Assembly (NCBI GenBank): GCA_964016885.1 | Contig: OZ024742.1 | Coordinates: 70,308,001 to 70,372,000, forward strand | From: Eledone cirrhosa | Lineage: Eukaryota | Direction of reading: 5' to 3' | DNA: 64,000 bases | Shown: piece after piece, positions 24,631-38,100 of the stretch | Position numbering within the stretch: the stretch's first letter is position 1 | Layout: the number at the start of each line of letters is the position of its first letter | Made by a program: the position numbers and the translations under genes | Notes under the pieces: model-generated | Database searches by the model: none | What the model was told of the DNA's origin: nothing | The model's input: only the letters and a program-made list of their open reading frames with translations

Positions 24631-24872
24631 TCATATGAGATGAATTGTTATATTTTAAGCAAGGTCAATAGAATTAGATAGATTTAAAACTGATGATAAT
24701 TCTAATGAGTATTAAAACCTCTAGTTGCTGATGACATCTTTTTCTTTAAATTTGCAGTTTAGCCCCTAAATTTCTTCATGTCATCATCATGCCATTATAA
24801 TTTCTGCCTCCTTTTTTCCATACTTGCATGTGTTCACAATAAGACTAAATATATATTACCATCTATTTTTAG

Positions 24873-24918
24873 GACAGCTTTGAAGACGATATGACTACAA
24901 AAGTAAACAACCCTCACT
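24873..24918 (+). CDS. SYCP2: SYCP2-like exon 9 (DSFEDDMTTKVNNPH)
   Basis: tatttttag|, donor T|GTAAGT, phase 0->1. Confidence 0.8.
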
Positions 24919-24974
24919 GTAAGTTCTTTTAATCATTAAAAACAAAATCTACTGTTAATTATGTAGTATCATTA

Positions 24975-25153
24975 TAATTGTTTCTACTTTTGGCACAAGG
25001 CCAGCAAATACCCAGTACGTTACTGGTACTTTATTTTATCGACCTCTGTAAGGATGAAAGGCAAAGTTAACCTCGGCGGGATTTGAACTCAGATCGTAAG
25101 GGGACGTAACTATGCTGGAAAGCATGTCCGACCCTCTACCGATACTGCCAATT
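24975..25153 (-). mobile_element. Nin-like SINE
   Basis: Reverse complement of the 21415 family. Confidence 0.8.
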
Positions 25154-25828
25154 CAAGCATCATTATAATAATGTGTAGAAAGATTGTCTAAACCGAGACA
25201 AGCAGAAGTATGCATTAATCTAGAAACATAACACAATGGCTGTTATATATAGCCATATCATTAAGAACTTCCCCTTGCATTCACATAATTCTGAGTTCAA
25301 TCCTATCATAGCACAAGGTTCACCAAATGTACACATTAAATAGCATTTTCTCTCTTTATATCTCTCTTTATGCAAAAAGATTGTCTTTTCTGGGTTTGAT
25401 ATATAATTTTAGAATGTTGGTATCAGTGTATATATATTATTAAGAATGACAATAAATGCAGGTGAGTGTTGTGACATGGTTTTACTTCACAGAAGTCAAA
25501 TAAATTAATAGAAATAATTTTTACCACATGTTGATGGTCAGTTGGTCACAACTCCTAGACTGGAGTGTGTAGAGAAAGAGACAGAGAGAAGACAGGAGTC
25601 ATCTCTTGACAAGGTCTGAAGTGGTTCTTCTTGCTGCGGCGTAGGAAGTGAGAGAGTTAATGCCTTGATGTTTTCAAATATATTGTCCCCAGGGGGACGC
25701 AACTCCATTTAGTACATGGATCTGCCACTGGGAGTCGCGACCGTCACAAAGGGACGCAACTCCGCTACATAATCAATTAAAACACCTTTGATTGTGGTAC
25801 CCTAATATAATCACAGTCTTATGAGTGT

Positions 25829-25906
<78 letters not shown>

Positions 25907-26204
25907 CAAAATTATTACTTAAAACATTGTAATCCAGAAGAGAGGGAATAACAGATACATGTTTCATCGTATGTGTTAAATATCAGTCTAGGATTGCTGA
26001 TATTTGACTATTTCAATCAAATTAAATCGAATCCAACTACTTAAAAAATCATATCTAGATGCAGCAAATTTTATATATATACACACACACATTTATGAGT
26101 GTTCTTCTTAGTCAGGGTAGGATGTATAACCATCTTAGAATTCAGTGTAATGTTAATGTGAATATTCAATTGAAGCAGTGTATCATCCATTTTTGTGTAA
26201 AAAT

Positions 26205-26393
26205 AATTATTTCTACTTTTGGCACAAGGCCAGCAAATACCCAGTGCATTACTGGTACTTTATTTTATCGAGCCTGTAAGGATGAAAGGCAAAGTTAACC
26301 TCGGTGGGATTTGAACTCAGAATGGAAAGGGCCGTAACTCTATGCGTCAAAGCATGGCGTCCAACCCTCTACTGACACTGCCAATCCACCGCC
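26205..26393 (-). mobile_element. Nin-like SINE
   Basis: Same family as 24975. Confidence 0.8.
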
Positions 26394-26539
26394 CATTTTT
26401 GTGTAAAAATAATATCCTCATATTGGTTACTGAATATTCAGAACTACTGAGTGAAATACATAATGTTAAACATTGTTTATCTTATTCTTTCATTGTGCAA
26501 CCATATATGTGTATAACCATATATGTATGTATGTATATC

Positions 26540-27722
26540 TGTAAGGGCAAAGGTGATGCTCTTGACAAAGAGAACTACTGAGGCATCAAACTGATGGACC
26601 AGGTCATGAAAGTTACAGAAAGAGTCATTGTACAACTGATTAGGAATCAAATTAACCTAGATGAGATGCATTTCAGATTTATCCCTGGAAAAAGTACCAT
26701 AGATGCCCTCTTCCTTGTGAGGCAACTGCAGGAGAAGTACCTAGCAAAAAGCAAACCCCTCTATTTGGCATTTGTTGACCTGGAGAAAGCTTTTAACAGG
26801 GTTCCCTGTTTTGTAATCTGGTGAGCACTTACAAAACAAGGAGTATAAATGTGGTTTTTGAGGGTGGTACATGCCATATACAAAGGTGCTGTCAGCAAAG
26901 TTAAAATTAGTAATGACCATAGTGAGGTGTTTAGCATGGAAGTTGGTGTCCACCATGGCTCAGACCTTAGCCCTCTCCTGTTTATTATTGTCCTTCAGGC
27001 TATAACAGTGGCGTTTAAAACAGGATGGCCTTAGGAACTTCTGTATGCTGATGATCTAACTATCATAGCTGAAACTATGACAAAGCATAAATGAACTGAG
27101 AGAGAAACTGGGCATATAAGGAATCAGATGTAGCGTGTAGGAGAGGAGATTGTATTGGTATGGATATGTGATGTGTATGAAGGATGACAGCTGTATAAAA
27201 AGGAAGACCTAGGAAGGCTTGGGATGAAGGGTTAAAAGGTGACCTTGCACAATTGCACCTCTCAAAGACAATAACACAGGATTGAGATATCTGGCATTAT
27301 GCAGTAATGCAGAAGACCTGCCTTCCCAGGTGCATGGATTAAAGCATATATCTAGTATGCACCACTTCCCATCTCCCCTCATACACTTTTAATGTGCTCA
27401 CACTCAACCCTCTACCCATGTCCTAACATTCAACCTTTCACCCACATCCTTACATACCCATCCTAGACCTATCTTTCTACTCCTTACGCTACATACATAT
27501 ACGGCCTCCTCCTCAGCCTCCAGTCCACACTATAAAGTGGTTGTTTTGGTGCCACGACAAAAAACTCCCAGCCCACACTGTAAATGCAGTTGATGTTAGG
27601 AAGGGCATCCATTTGTTGAAACCAAACCAGAAACAGTTCTATATGAGCAAGACATGGTTATCTGATCTGACTTGTCTCAGAATGGAATAACTTGTCTAAC
27701 CTATGGTAGCATAGAAAAAGTT
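26540..27722 (+). mobile_element. RTE LINE, 5'-truncated and internally deleted, with long 3' UTR
   Basis: [11 protein letters not shown]...[15 protein letters not shown], 3' UTR with GGAAGGGCATCC module. Confidence 0.85.
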
Positions 27723-27859
27723 ATTTTCCTCTAATTGTTATATTAATTTTATATGTCCTTAAAAATTGATCAATATTTTATATTTCTTTAAAAATTGATC
27801 AATATTGACATATAATGAATTTTTTTTTTCATGGTATTAAATAAGAATCTTAGCCTGTC

Positions 27860-28070
27860 ATATTGAAATGTAACCTCCAGTGGGAAGTCAGGTCTTCTGT
27901 ATTACTGCGTAACACCGGAGGTCTCCGTCCTGTGTTATTGCCTTTGAGAGGTACAATTGGGCAAGATCAGCTTTTGTCACCTCATCCCAAGTCTTCTTAG
28001 TCTCCCCACTCCAAGGCTTCCATAGACTTTTAGTGCATCTTTTTTTGCAGCTGTCATCCTTCATATATAT
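27860..28070 (-). mobile_element. RTE LINE ORF-end fragment
   Basis: Similar to 35440-35640. Confidence 0.7.
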
Positions 28071-29267
28071 ATTGAGTAAAATGACAGGAGGCTGGACTGG
28101 TGAAATTCCTTCAAAGTTTTATTTCTGCAAATACTATGTAGTGGCCAGGTTACGTAGGATCCTGGCAACATCATCAGGTGTATATTTAATAATAGTTATG
28201 TAATAAAGGAATAATGGTAAATGCAATCCAAGAGGCTATAAGTAGAGAAAAAAAACTTTTTGACTGAAAGGCAATCAGTGGGCCAGTAGTTGATAGTTTG
28301 GCTGACCGCCTATATATATAGTTCACAGGTTATATAATTGTGTACAGATAATATATTTGTCAATTAAATTACAATGTTGCCTTGATAAATATTTATATTG
28401 CCATATTATTGTGGCAGTAGCACTAAGGAGGTTGTCATATCCTTGACACAACTGAAATTGTCTCAACTCTTTGTTTAGCATAGATTCTATGGCTGGATGC
28501 CTTTCCTAATGCCAACCACTTTATAGAATGTACTGGAGACATTTTATCATGACACCACCAGTACCACTGAGGTTGTCAGAACATTGACTTTACTGAAGGA
28601 CCCTCTCTACTCTATCCATTATAAATACAATATAATAAACTTTTCCCCTCCAGAAAATGTAAGGCAAGTAGGTCGGTGTTTAATGGTTTTACATCAACTA
28701 TTTCAAGCTAGAATGAGTTGGATATGTCTAACAAGTTGAATGGTATGGAACACCTTATCTAACCATCCATTTTTCAGTTAAATAGTGATATCCTTGCATA
28801 AGGACTCCAAGAATTGACTGTGTACCTTGTTTAAGGACACAAACTACCTTGCTTAAGGACATAAAGTAATGACTGGGTATTTGCTATGTCAAGTCATTAT
28901 CTTTCTATATTCAGCAGAAACACTCAATGTATATGATAAATAGTTGAATAATATTAAGGATGTCTTGTCAAAGGAAATTAGTAAGTAGTAGCTGTAGTAT
29001 TGGTAGTCATAGAAGTAATTACTGATATTATTACTACAATTACTATTACAATAATAGCAGTAATAGTAATAGCAGTGGTAGTGGAGGTAGTAATAGTGTA
29101 TTTCCAATCTCCTAATTATTGTTCCCACTTAACACCCCTTTACTACCATCCCTAATGTTTTCAGAATAGATGTTAACATTACATTTCCTGTCTAAAAGAA
29201 ATCTCAAACATTATTCCACTGTAAGAAACCATTTTTGTCTTCAAATCCCATTTTGTAATTTGTCAAG

Positions 29268-29491
29268 ACTTACCAAAAAAGATGCTTAAGAAAGCAGTGA
29301 GTGCGTCATCCAGCAATGAATCTGAAGCTATAATTAGAAAAGTATCAGAGATGAACAGTTGTAGATATACCAGTGAAACAGCCTACTCACAATCTACGAG
29401 TGAAACTTCCAGCAATGATTGTAATAACAGCCCATCTGACATCAAACAACTTGTTCATTCCCTTGGGTCCGATATGAAAAAATTGATCACT
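29268..29491 (+). CDS. SYCP2: SYCP2-like exon 10 (LPKKMLKK...IKQLVHSLGSDMKKLIT; start of Cor1-like domain)
   Basis: Weaker tgtcaag| acceptor gives phase 1, matching exon 9. Donor ACT|GTAAGT. Confidence 0.8.
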
Positions 29492-30325
29492 GTAAGTCAA
29501 TTTAAGACATTGTTATTGCGTTTACCATCTCAAAATCTTTATATTGTCTGATTGTTAAAGAGAAATTGCTGACATCTGTCTATCAAAATAATAATATAAA
29601 TAAATCTTTCTCAATACAATAACTATTTTTATACAAGTTTGGTGGTATGGAAAGCCTTCCTAACCATCCACTTTTCAGTTAAACAGTGATATCCTTAAAA
29701 AAGGACTCCAAGAAATGACTGTGTACCTTTTTTAAAGACACAGTAAAAGACTGAGTACTTTGCTATGTCAAGCCATTATCTTTCTGTACTCAACATATAT
29801 GATAAAATTACCATATATGATATAATTAATATATCAAATAATGAAATGACAATAGATCCTACAATATCACTAATTACTGTATTGTGTGTGTTTATACGTG
29901 AATGTGTATGCCACATGTGGTGCGATAAATAAATACATATACACCAGGTCCAAACATAAAGGAAGTAAACTCCCACTGTGACTGCCTCCGTCTCTCCTGC
30001 TCTCCCCATCTCTCAATATTATGAGCAAATGGGGGCCCACACACCGGCGGCCCTGGCGGACAGGATAGAGAAGGCGTTTTCCTGGAGGATAGTGAGGGAG
30101 ACGCGCTGTAAGAGCCATTCCACTACATAATATCACAGAAGCCTGAGGATTTAACAAAACAAGAAGATTGCTATAATTTATTACAAATTCTCCTTGTTCA
30201 ATATTTGTTGTTGGTAAATAGTCTATTAAATATGTATGTTATATTATATTGACATAAGAACTATTTATTCTTTATTCTTATCCTTTCACCATAATGGCCC
30301 TATTATTTGCATTTGTCACTGCTAG

Positions 30326-30420
30326 GCAAAACAAGCCAATATTTCTGCCATCACTAAAGAAACCCAGACAAATACAGAAAAGGCCATTTCCAAAATATGG
30401 GAGAAAGATTATAACAACCG
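30326..30420 (+). CDS. SYCP2: SYCP2-like exon 11 (AKQANISAITKETQTNTEKAISKIWEKDYNNR)
   Basis: ctgctag|, donor CG|GTAAGT, phase 0->2. Aligns to SYCP3 [11 protein letters not shown]...HVW. Confidence 0.88.
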
Positions 30421-30671
30421 GTAAGTTTAGTCTTAGATCTTTATTTCTTCCTTGTGTATATGAAGTGCAGTTACTATATTTCTTTTTTTTTTAATTTGTA
30501 GACACCTTTGATGAGTTGCAGTGCACCTGAGCACTGTATACAATAATTTTCATTATCATATTATCATAATGTGTGTTATAATAATAAGTCTGTCTTCATA
30601 TAACTTTACCTTGTTCCTGAAAAATATTTACTTTTCTTTCCATAACTTTTTCATAACATTTTTCTTTTCAG

Positions 30672-30771
30672 AAATGGTCAATTTAAAGATTTTGAAAGAA
30701 GAGTTTCCAAAGAATTTGATAGACTTCACAAAGAAATACTATCTGCTGAAGAATGTAGAAAGACACTTTTA
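30672..30771 (+). CDS. SYCP2: SYCP2-like exon 12 (coiled coil NGQFKDFERRVSKEFDRLHKEILSAEECRKTLL)
   Basis: ttttcttttcag|, donor TTA|GTATGT, phase 2->0. Confidence 0.88.
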
Positions 30772-31319
30772 GTATGTAGCCTGCTTCAAATCTGTTTTGG
30801 ATCTATTCCTATTTCTTCCTGAAGGTCATGTATATAGTGTCCCAAAGAGAGTCCCATCCCAACTGAGCATCATCTAGTAGATTTGCAAGGAAAGCATCTT
30901 CCAGTGAATTCTGTGTCTTTCTCAGAGTATTGTGTCTTATCTAGAGACATCACATAATATGTCTTTGGTCAAAGTCTAATCTTGCAGCAAAACAAAGAGT
31001 GATCTGTGTCACAGTTAGCACTCTGTAAGGATCAAGTCATGATCACATTTTGTAGTTGCTGCGCTTTGGTCTGGAACTAAGGAAGAATATCCCAATTGTA
31101 AGGTACATGACACACATACTAAGAAAGTTGGCTAGATTTTCTCAGTAACTATATGTGCTAGATGACAAATGATGTCAATGTTTGATGCAATAACATGAGA
31201 CTCATCTCTGCCTGCATGGAAAAACAGATGTAAAATTATTATGATTTTCATCATTATATATTTAGAATGAAATTTATGTAAATTGTGGGAATAATATATC
31301 TTTACCTCTTTGTTTTCAG

Positions 31320-31378
31320 ATGTCTTTTCAAGAACAACTTCTACAGTCAGAAAATTCTAGATTGTTTCAGAGGAAATG
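31320..31378 (+). CDS. SYCP2: SYCP2-like exon 13 (MSFQEQLLQSENSRLFQRK)
   Basis: ctttgttttcag|, donor TG|GTATGT, phase 0->2. Aligns to SYCP3 [20 protein letters not shown]. Confidence 0.88.
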
Positions 31379-31588
31379 GTATGTATAAAATCGAATGTTA
31401 TGCCATTGATAAAATGTATATATTGATATATCATATTATGTATAGTATAAAGAATGTTAACAAATCTATCTAAATACTTTTTATGACAAAAGTATTTTTT
31501 TTTAATTCACACAGAGGGAAATGGGTGTAAAACATTAACTTGTTAGGACACACACACACATGCATGCACATATGCATACACATGCACA

Positions 31589-32410
31589 CAGTGGCCACCA
31601 TGGGTTTAGAACTATAGTAAATCTTTAGGTTTCAGATATTTTTAAAGGTTTTCTCCATAAGTTTAGAATCCTAAATATAAAATTACAAAATTGTGTTTCT
31701 AGGTAATTCCATTGTATTTTTCATAAAATGTTAGTTGTGATACTGAAGATAGATAAGTGATGGAGTTTCTTGCATATGAACGGCGAACACATTGTTCAGC
31801 TATATGATAAAGGGCTTCTCTTCAGGAACATTGCTTAGCAATTGAGTTGCAGTTGATCCATTGACAACTATCAATACAGTCCAAGAAGTGGCAGACTCTT
31901 AAAAACACCTCTAAAAGAAGACAGAGTTAGTCACAGACTGTTAGAGGCCAACTCATAGGAAGCAAAATCTGGACAGACACAGCAGACTCAGACTATTGGT
32001 GATATATGTTTACAGATGACTCAAGCTATTTGGATTAAATAGGCATATAAAAAAAATCACAAAGTATTTCCATGACAAACTGGAAAGCACACCTGACATA
32101 AATTAAGCTGTTGCTAAGTAGTCTAGTGGAGTGGATGAATGAATCCAAGTTCAATTGGTTTAGATTTCATGTATGGGGAAGGTCATTAAATATGATGTAT
32201 GTGAGGGGTTGTCCTAGTAAGGAACTAAATTTTAGCTGTTTCTGAAGTACAATGAGAAGTAGGTGCAGTCATGATCCTATTCATTGTATCATAACCAGCA
32301 CCATGGACTAACAAGACATCTTGAGAAATGTCCTTTAACCATATTCCATTGACCATTTGCTGCTCAAATCAGTCATGATAGAAAAATTAGTCGAATATTC
32401 TGACCGTTTC
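31589..32410 (+). mobile_element. Tc1/mariner transposase remnant
   Basis: CAGTGG start, HTH-like IVQLYDKG...RNIA*QLSCS and WMNESKFN, heavily disrupted. Confidence 0.45.
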
Positions 32411-32994
32411 AATCATCATCATCATCACTGTTTTACATCCATTTCTCCATGCTAGCATGGGTTAGACGATTTGTCCTATTGTGGGCAATTTTAGGTCAGG
32501 TCTTGCAATCAAAATTCTTTGCAATAAAGTTGTTTATTACATCAAAGTTCAGAAGCCATCAAATTTCAACAATTTGTTCAGAGTAACCAAATAACCTTGG
32601 GAATAAATTCCTATTTCTTGTTACCAACACCTATGTGAGCCTTGAGAAAAAAATGATGTTATATAGAATGACCTGAGAACATATTTTGCTCAAATTCTTT
32701 AAATTCTATTTGATTTCTGCATACAGAATGAAAATTGAATCACATTGAAATAAATGAAAAATATTTAAACATCTGGCCAGACTTGCCTCCCAGTGTGGAT
32801 GACCCATGCAAGCGTGGGAAAATGGACGTTAGAAGATGATGATAGATATTATTTTTTTATAGAATAGTTCATGGAGTGTTAAATAGAAGTTTAGTTTGTC
32901 TAGTCACTTTATAAGCCATTAACTTATACAAATTAAAACAGTGCTTCTAAATTCATGGTGTCTACTTTGTGTCTAAGTCTAAAGTCTACCTTAA

Positions 32995-33257
32995 GCCAGA
33001 AGGCTCATTTGGCTGGTGCTTACCTCGGTTTCATGGCGTGAAGTGACTGAGAGTACAAGACTCCCCGCTAGACAGGACACCAGTCCATCGCAGGGTTAAA
33101 CCCCCAGCTATTGCTGGTACTCATTTTCAGCTGATTATACTGGTACAACGTGAAATGAAGTGTTTTGCTCAAGAACACAACATGCAACCCAGGAATCGAG
33201 CCCACGACATTATGATCGTAAGTCCAACACCCTTATCCCTAGGCCACATGCCTCCAC
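32995..33257 (-). mobile_element. tRNA-derived SINE with V/Meta-like core
   Basis: TGGCCTAGGG/GCTCGATTCC boxes and a CCCTGCGATGGACTGGTGTCCTGTC core. Confidence 0.7.
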
Positions 33258-33842
33258 TCTACTTTGTGTATGTGTGTGTATATATTATTATTTAATGTTT
33301 GTTTTCCCTGCTAGAAAGGGTTGGATTGGTTATCACAGATTAAGTTAGTACATAATTAGTGCTACTGATCTCTCAGATAGATTGGGGACCACATCTTGCT
33401 TGCTAATGTTACTGCACTATACAGAGCATACTGGATGCATTTTATTGTGGCATAAACCCATAGATCAAATATTTATTATTAGCACAGATTAAAAGTGTAA
33501 GCAAACAATTTCTGCTTTTACCCTAAAACTGAGAAATATCAATCCATGGATGCAGAAGTAAATATTTCAAAAAAATTACAATCAAATATGGCTTTTGGAA
33601 AATAGAAAGACATAATGGTAATGAGTGAAGGTGTTCTCTTGAGATGCATTAAAATGTATGCAAGGATAATTACATCATTAAGTGATGTGGGATGAACAAA
33701 TTCTTGCTGTGAAAAAATCAGGAGACTAATTTTGTTTATGAAGTAGCCGAATATTTTCCAACTACAATATGGAAAAGGATATCATTAAACATAAAGATAC
33801 TGAAGGTATTAATAATAATAATAATAATAATGACAAAAGTAA

Positions 33843-34032
33843 TAATTGTTTCTACTTTTTGGCACAAGGCTAGCAATTACCCAATGCATTACTGGTACTT
33901 TATTTTATCGACCCCGTAAGGATGAAAGGCAAAGTCAACCTCAGCGGGATTTGAACTCAGATCGTTAAGGGACGTAACTATGCTGGAAAGCATGGCATCC
34001 GACCCTCTACCGATACTGCCAATCCACCGCCT
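33843..34032 (-). mobile_element. Nin-like SINE
   Basis: Same family as 24975, in TAA-rich sequence. Confidence 0.8.
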
Positions 34033-35136
34033 TATTACAAAAGTAATAATACTAATAATAACAATAACAATAGTAGTAATAAATGGTTTCTTTATTAACC
34101 ATGAGGGTTGACATAAAGTATGACATTAAGGACAGCACAGGACAATAGTAATAATAATGATGGTAATAATAATAGTAATTATAATAATAGGCTAGACTAA
34201 TAATAATAAGTAAGGTAAGTATTTTCAGAGTAAGCATAAATCATTGTCATAAATAAGTATGCACTTACAGATGTAGATGTATGCATTAGCAAAAATATAG
34301 AGTAGAAAAATACACACACATATATATATCATCATCATCATTTAACGTCCATCTTCCATGTTAGCATGGGTAGGACGGGCTGTCCCTTTGTGAGGTAACA
34401 TGATTCGCTCACACAGAACTGATTTGACTTGGTTTCTATGGCTTTCTTAACACACAATATATAAAATCCCGACCACGGTGCCAAGCGGTTTCGGCGTGTG
34501 TGTACATATATACATACACACATATGTATATATACACATCATCATCATCATCTTCATTTAACGTCCATTTTCCACGCTAGCATGGGTATACATGCATATA
34601 TATAAACACACATATATATATATATTTATATAACTGAGTATAAATTTTGATTGTCCTTAGCTACCACATCATGACGAATATCATTTGCATATTATCGATA
34701 CTACCCATTAGAATATAATGTTAGGCTGTAATATAAGATTGTTTTATACAGTTTGTGTCTACAAGTCGAAATTGCCTCAGAATTTTAGTTTAAAATACAT
34801 TTGTTGGCATAAAGGATTTCCACTGTCCATAAACAACACCTAAATATTTCTATGAAAAATATTCCAGGAGGACACACTTGAAAGTATCCATCTAAAAAAC
34901 TGATTCTTTCATAGAAAGGATGTGTCGGCATGCCTTCTATTTTGAACACTGGGATAAAGCTGATAAACACCTGGAAAAATTTGGATTTAAAACTTATAAT
35001 AACTCTCCAAGTAGTCTCGTTAAGGCATCCCAAGATCTCCCATCTTGTACACAGCTCCACAATTTCACCTGATTTACCTTTCAGGGTGCCAACATTGAGA
35101 GTGGCAGTCCTGAGATTTATAAGTTGACAGTGGTTA

Positions 35137-38100
35137 TCATCATCACCGTTTTACGTCTGTTCTTCCACGCTAGCATGGGTTAGACGGGTTGTCCTGTTGT
35201 GGGCAATGTCTGGTCGGCTGACCATGCCTTGCTCATACAGGAACTGATTTGGCTTGATTTCTACAGCTGGATGCCCTTCCTAACACCAACCTCATTTACA
35301 GTGAGTGCTGGGTGCTTTTTCGTGGCGCCTACACGTCCACTTTACAGTGTGGGCTGGGTGCTTTTTTTCCGTGGCACCTCCACGACCACCTTGCGGTGGG
35401 GGGTGTGGGGGCATATTGTCTATATGCTTCTGCTTGTACCCATGGGAGGTCGGGTACTCTGTATTACTGCGTGACGCCAGAAGTCACAGTCGTGTGTCAT
35501 TGCCTTTGAGAGGTGTAATTGGGTAAGGTCGGCTTTTATCACCTCATCCCAGGTCATCTTGGGTCTCCCCACTCCGCGGTTTCCATCAACCTCTAGTGCT
35601 CTGCACCTTTTTATGCAGCTGTCATCCTTCATACGCATCACATGTCCATACCAGCGCAACCGCCTCTCCTGCACACAGCATTTGATTCTTCTTATGCTCA
35701 GTCTCTCTCTCAATTCATTTATGCTTTGTCGTTCACGTATGTTACTGTTACACATCCATCGTAACATGCAGGCTTCGTTTCTCTCTAATCTACGTAAGTC
35801 TTCCACCTTCAGCGCCCAGGTCTCACTACCATGCAACATTGCTGTTCGGATACAAGCATCATACAGTCTGCCTTTCATTCTGAGGGAGAAGCCTTTTGCA
35901 GCTAGCAGTGGTAGTAGTTCCCTAAACTTCTTCCATCCCGTTCTTACCCTAGTTATTGTACTTTCTGAACACCCACCTCCACTGCTAATTCAGTCACCTA
36001 GGTAGCAGAAGCTGTCTACTGTTTCTACAGAGCCCTCCCAGTGTTTGGTGGTACTTGTTTCCTGTGGCTGTTTGCTGCTTGCTGTCTCAGCACAGCTGCT
36101 GCATGTGAAGCCTACATTCTTAATTAAGCTTCCTAAGATCCTGCTACATCTCTTGTGTACCCATTGTTTGCATTTGGGGCAGAGAATGGAGTTCCTACCT
36201 ACACCTTTCCTACATACTGAGCAAGGCCATTTCCCTGAGGGGATCTGGGTTCTATTTTCTCGTCTACTTACAAGGAAGGACCTTAGTCTTTGTCATGTTG
36301 ACTTTGAGACCCTTTCTTTCTAGTCCCTGCTTCCAAGTTTGGAATTTATTCTCTAGTTCTACCATAGATTCAGCTATGAGTGCGAGGTCATCAGCATACA
36401 GGAGTTCCCATGGGCATCCGGTCTTAAACTCCTCCGTTATTGCCTGCAGGACTATGATGAACAGGAGGGGACTAAGAACAGAGCCCTGGTGGACCCCAAC
36501 CTGTATGCTAAATTCCTCGCTATACTCATTGCTAATCCTAACTTTGCTGACTGCTCTCCTATACATGGCTTGTACCGCTTTCACAAGCCATTCATCTACT
36601 CCTAGTTTTCTAAGAGCCCACCAGATTACAGCACGTGGAACTCTGTCAAAGGCTTTCTCAAGGTCAACAAATGCCAAGTAGAGTGGCTTACTTTTAGCTA
36701 GGTACTTTTCCTGTAATTGCCTCACAAGGAAGAGGGTATCAGTGGTGCCTCTTCCTGGTACAAACCCAAATTGCATCTCGTCTATTTCCACCCGGTCCCT
36801 AATCAACTGTGCTATAACTCTTTCTGTTACTTTCATGACCTGGTCCATCAACTTTATACCTCTATAGTTTCCTCTATCTAGTGCATCGCCTTTACCTTTG
36901 TAGCAGTTGACAATGATGCTACTGCACCAATCTTTTGGTATGACACCTTCTAGTATTACCTGGTTAACAATACGTGTGGTTATAGTGTGACCTACAGACC
37001 CAGATGCCTTCAGCATCTCGGCAGCTATACCCGATGGACCGGTTGCCTTCCCCATCTTCATATCTTTGATTGCCTTACTTACTACGTTGCTGCTGACTTG
37101 TACTGTTGGCCCCTCTATAGGGTCTACTTGGGGTAGGGTCTCTTCTTCCCATGCATTCTCCTCATTTAGTAATCTATCATAATGACTCTTCCATGCATCT
37201 TTCTTCTCAGCACTTGTGAGGGCAAGCTCACCTTTATCATTCCGGATACACTTCTCTCCAATGACATCACAACTATCTCTGACACACTGCCTCGCAATCT
37301 TGAATACCTCCTGTTTCTGGTCTTCACGTTGCAAAACATGCTTGAATTGTCTATCCTCTGCTTCCCTCCTAGCTAGTTTCCCTCTTGGTCTCTATGTAAT
37401 GTACCCTGCTCCCCCCGTTCTTCCATTCTTTCCATGCCTGTCTCTTGGCCTTAACTGCTTCATCTACCTTATTATTCCACCACCAAGTCACTCTCCTCCT
37501 GCTTGAGGTCTTACTCCAGCCACAGACCTCATCCGTCGCCTCTAGTAAATTATTTTTTAGGAACTCCCAGTTCTCTTCTACATTAAATGTCTCTATCTGT
37601 TCTTCTTTACTGTCGTAGGCGTTGAGTAAAATATCTTTAAATCTGTTACTGGTTGAGGGGAGTTTCAGCTTCCAGATCTTTCTTCTCCAGGTTGGCCTCT
37701 GTTTCCAGGTTAGTCTAGTTCTGACCGTGAGGTCGCTGACAACTAAGCTATGTTGGGATGTACATTCCTCACTAGGGAATGCTTTTGTGTTTACGACCGT
37801 CCATCTGTCACGTCCTCTGATGAGGATAAAGTCTATCTGACTAGAGTGCTCCCCCGATCTATAGGTGATCAGGTGGTTGTCGGGTTTTTTAAAGTTTGTG
37901 TTACATATCGACATGTCATTGGCGTCGCAGAATTCTAGAAGTCTGAATCCTTCCTCATTTCTTGTGCCAACCCCATGGCCTCCATGTACTCTATTGAAGC
38001 CATCGCAGTGTTTACCTACATGTCCGTTAAAATCTCCTGCGATGATTAGGAAGTCATTGTCGTCTGTTAGAGCAGTAGTGTGCATTAGGGACTCGTAAAA

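Noticed and set aside
28654-28667. Possible microexon (ctccag|AAAATGTAAG|GCAAGT)
   Set aside because: Joined to the phase-1 exon 9 it creates TAA, and exon 9 already joins exon 10 in frame.
29165-29220. AG...GTAAG bounded candidate exon
   Set aside because: Stops in all three frames and a following intron of only 47 nt.
34650-35030. Possible RT fragment (KYLGV on -)
   Set aside because: Too degenerate to assign.
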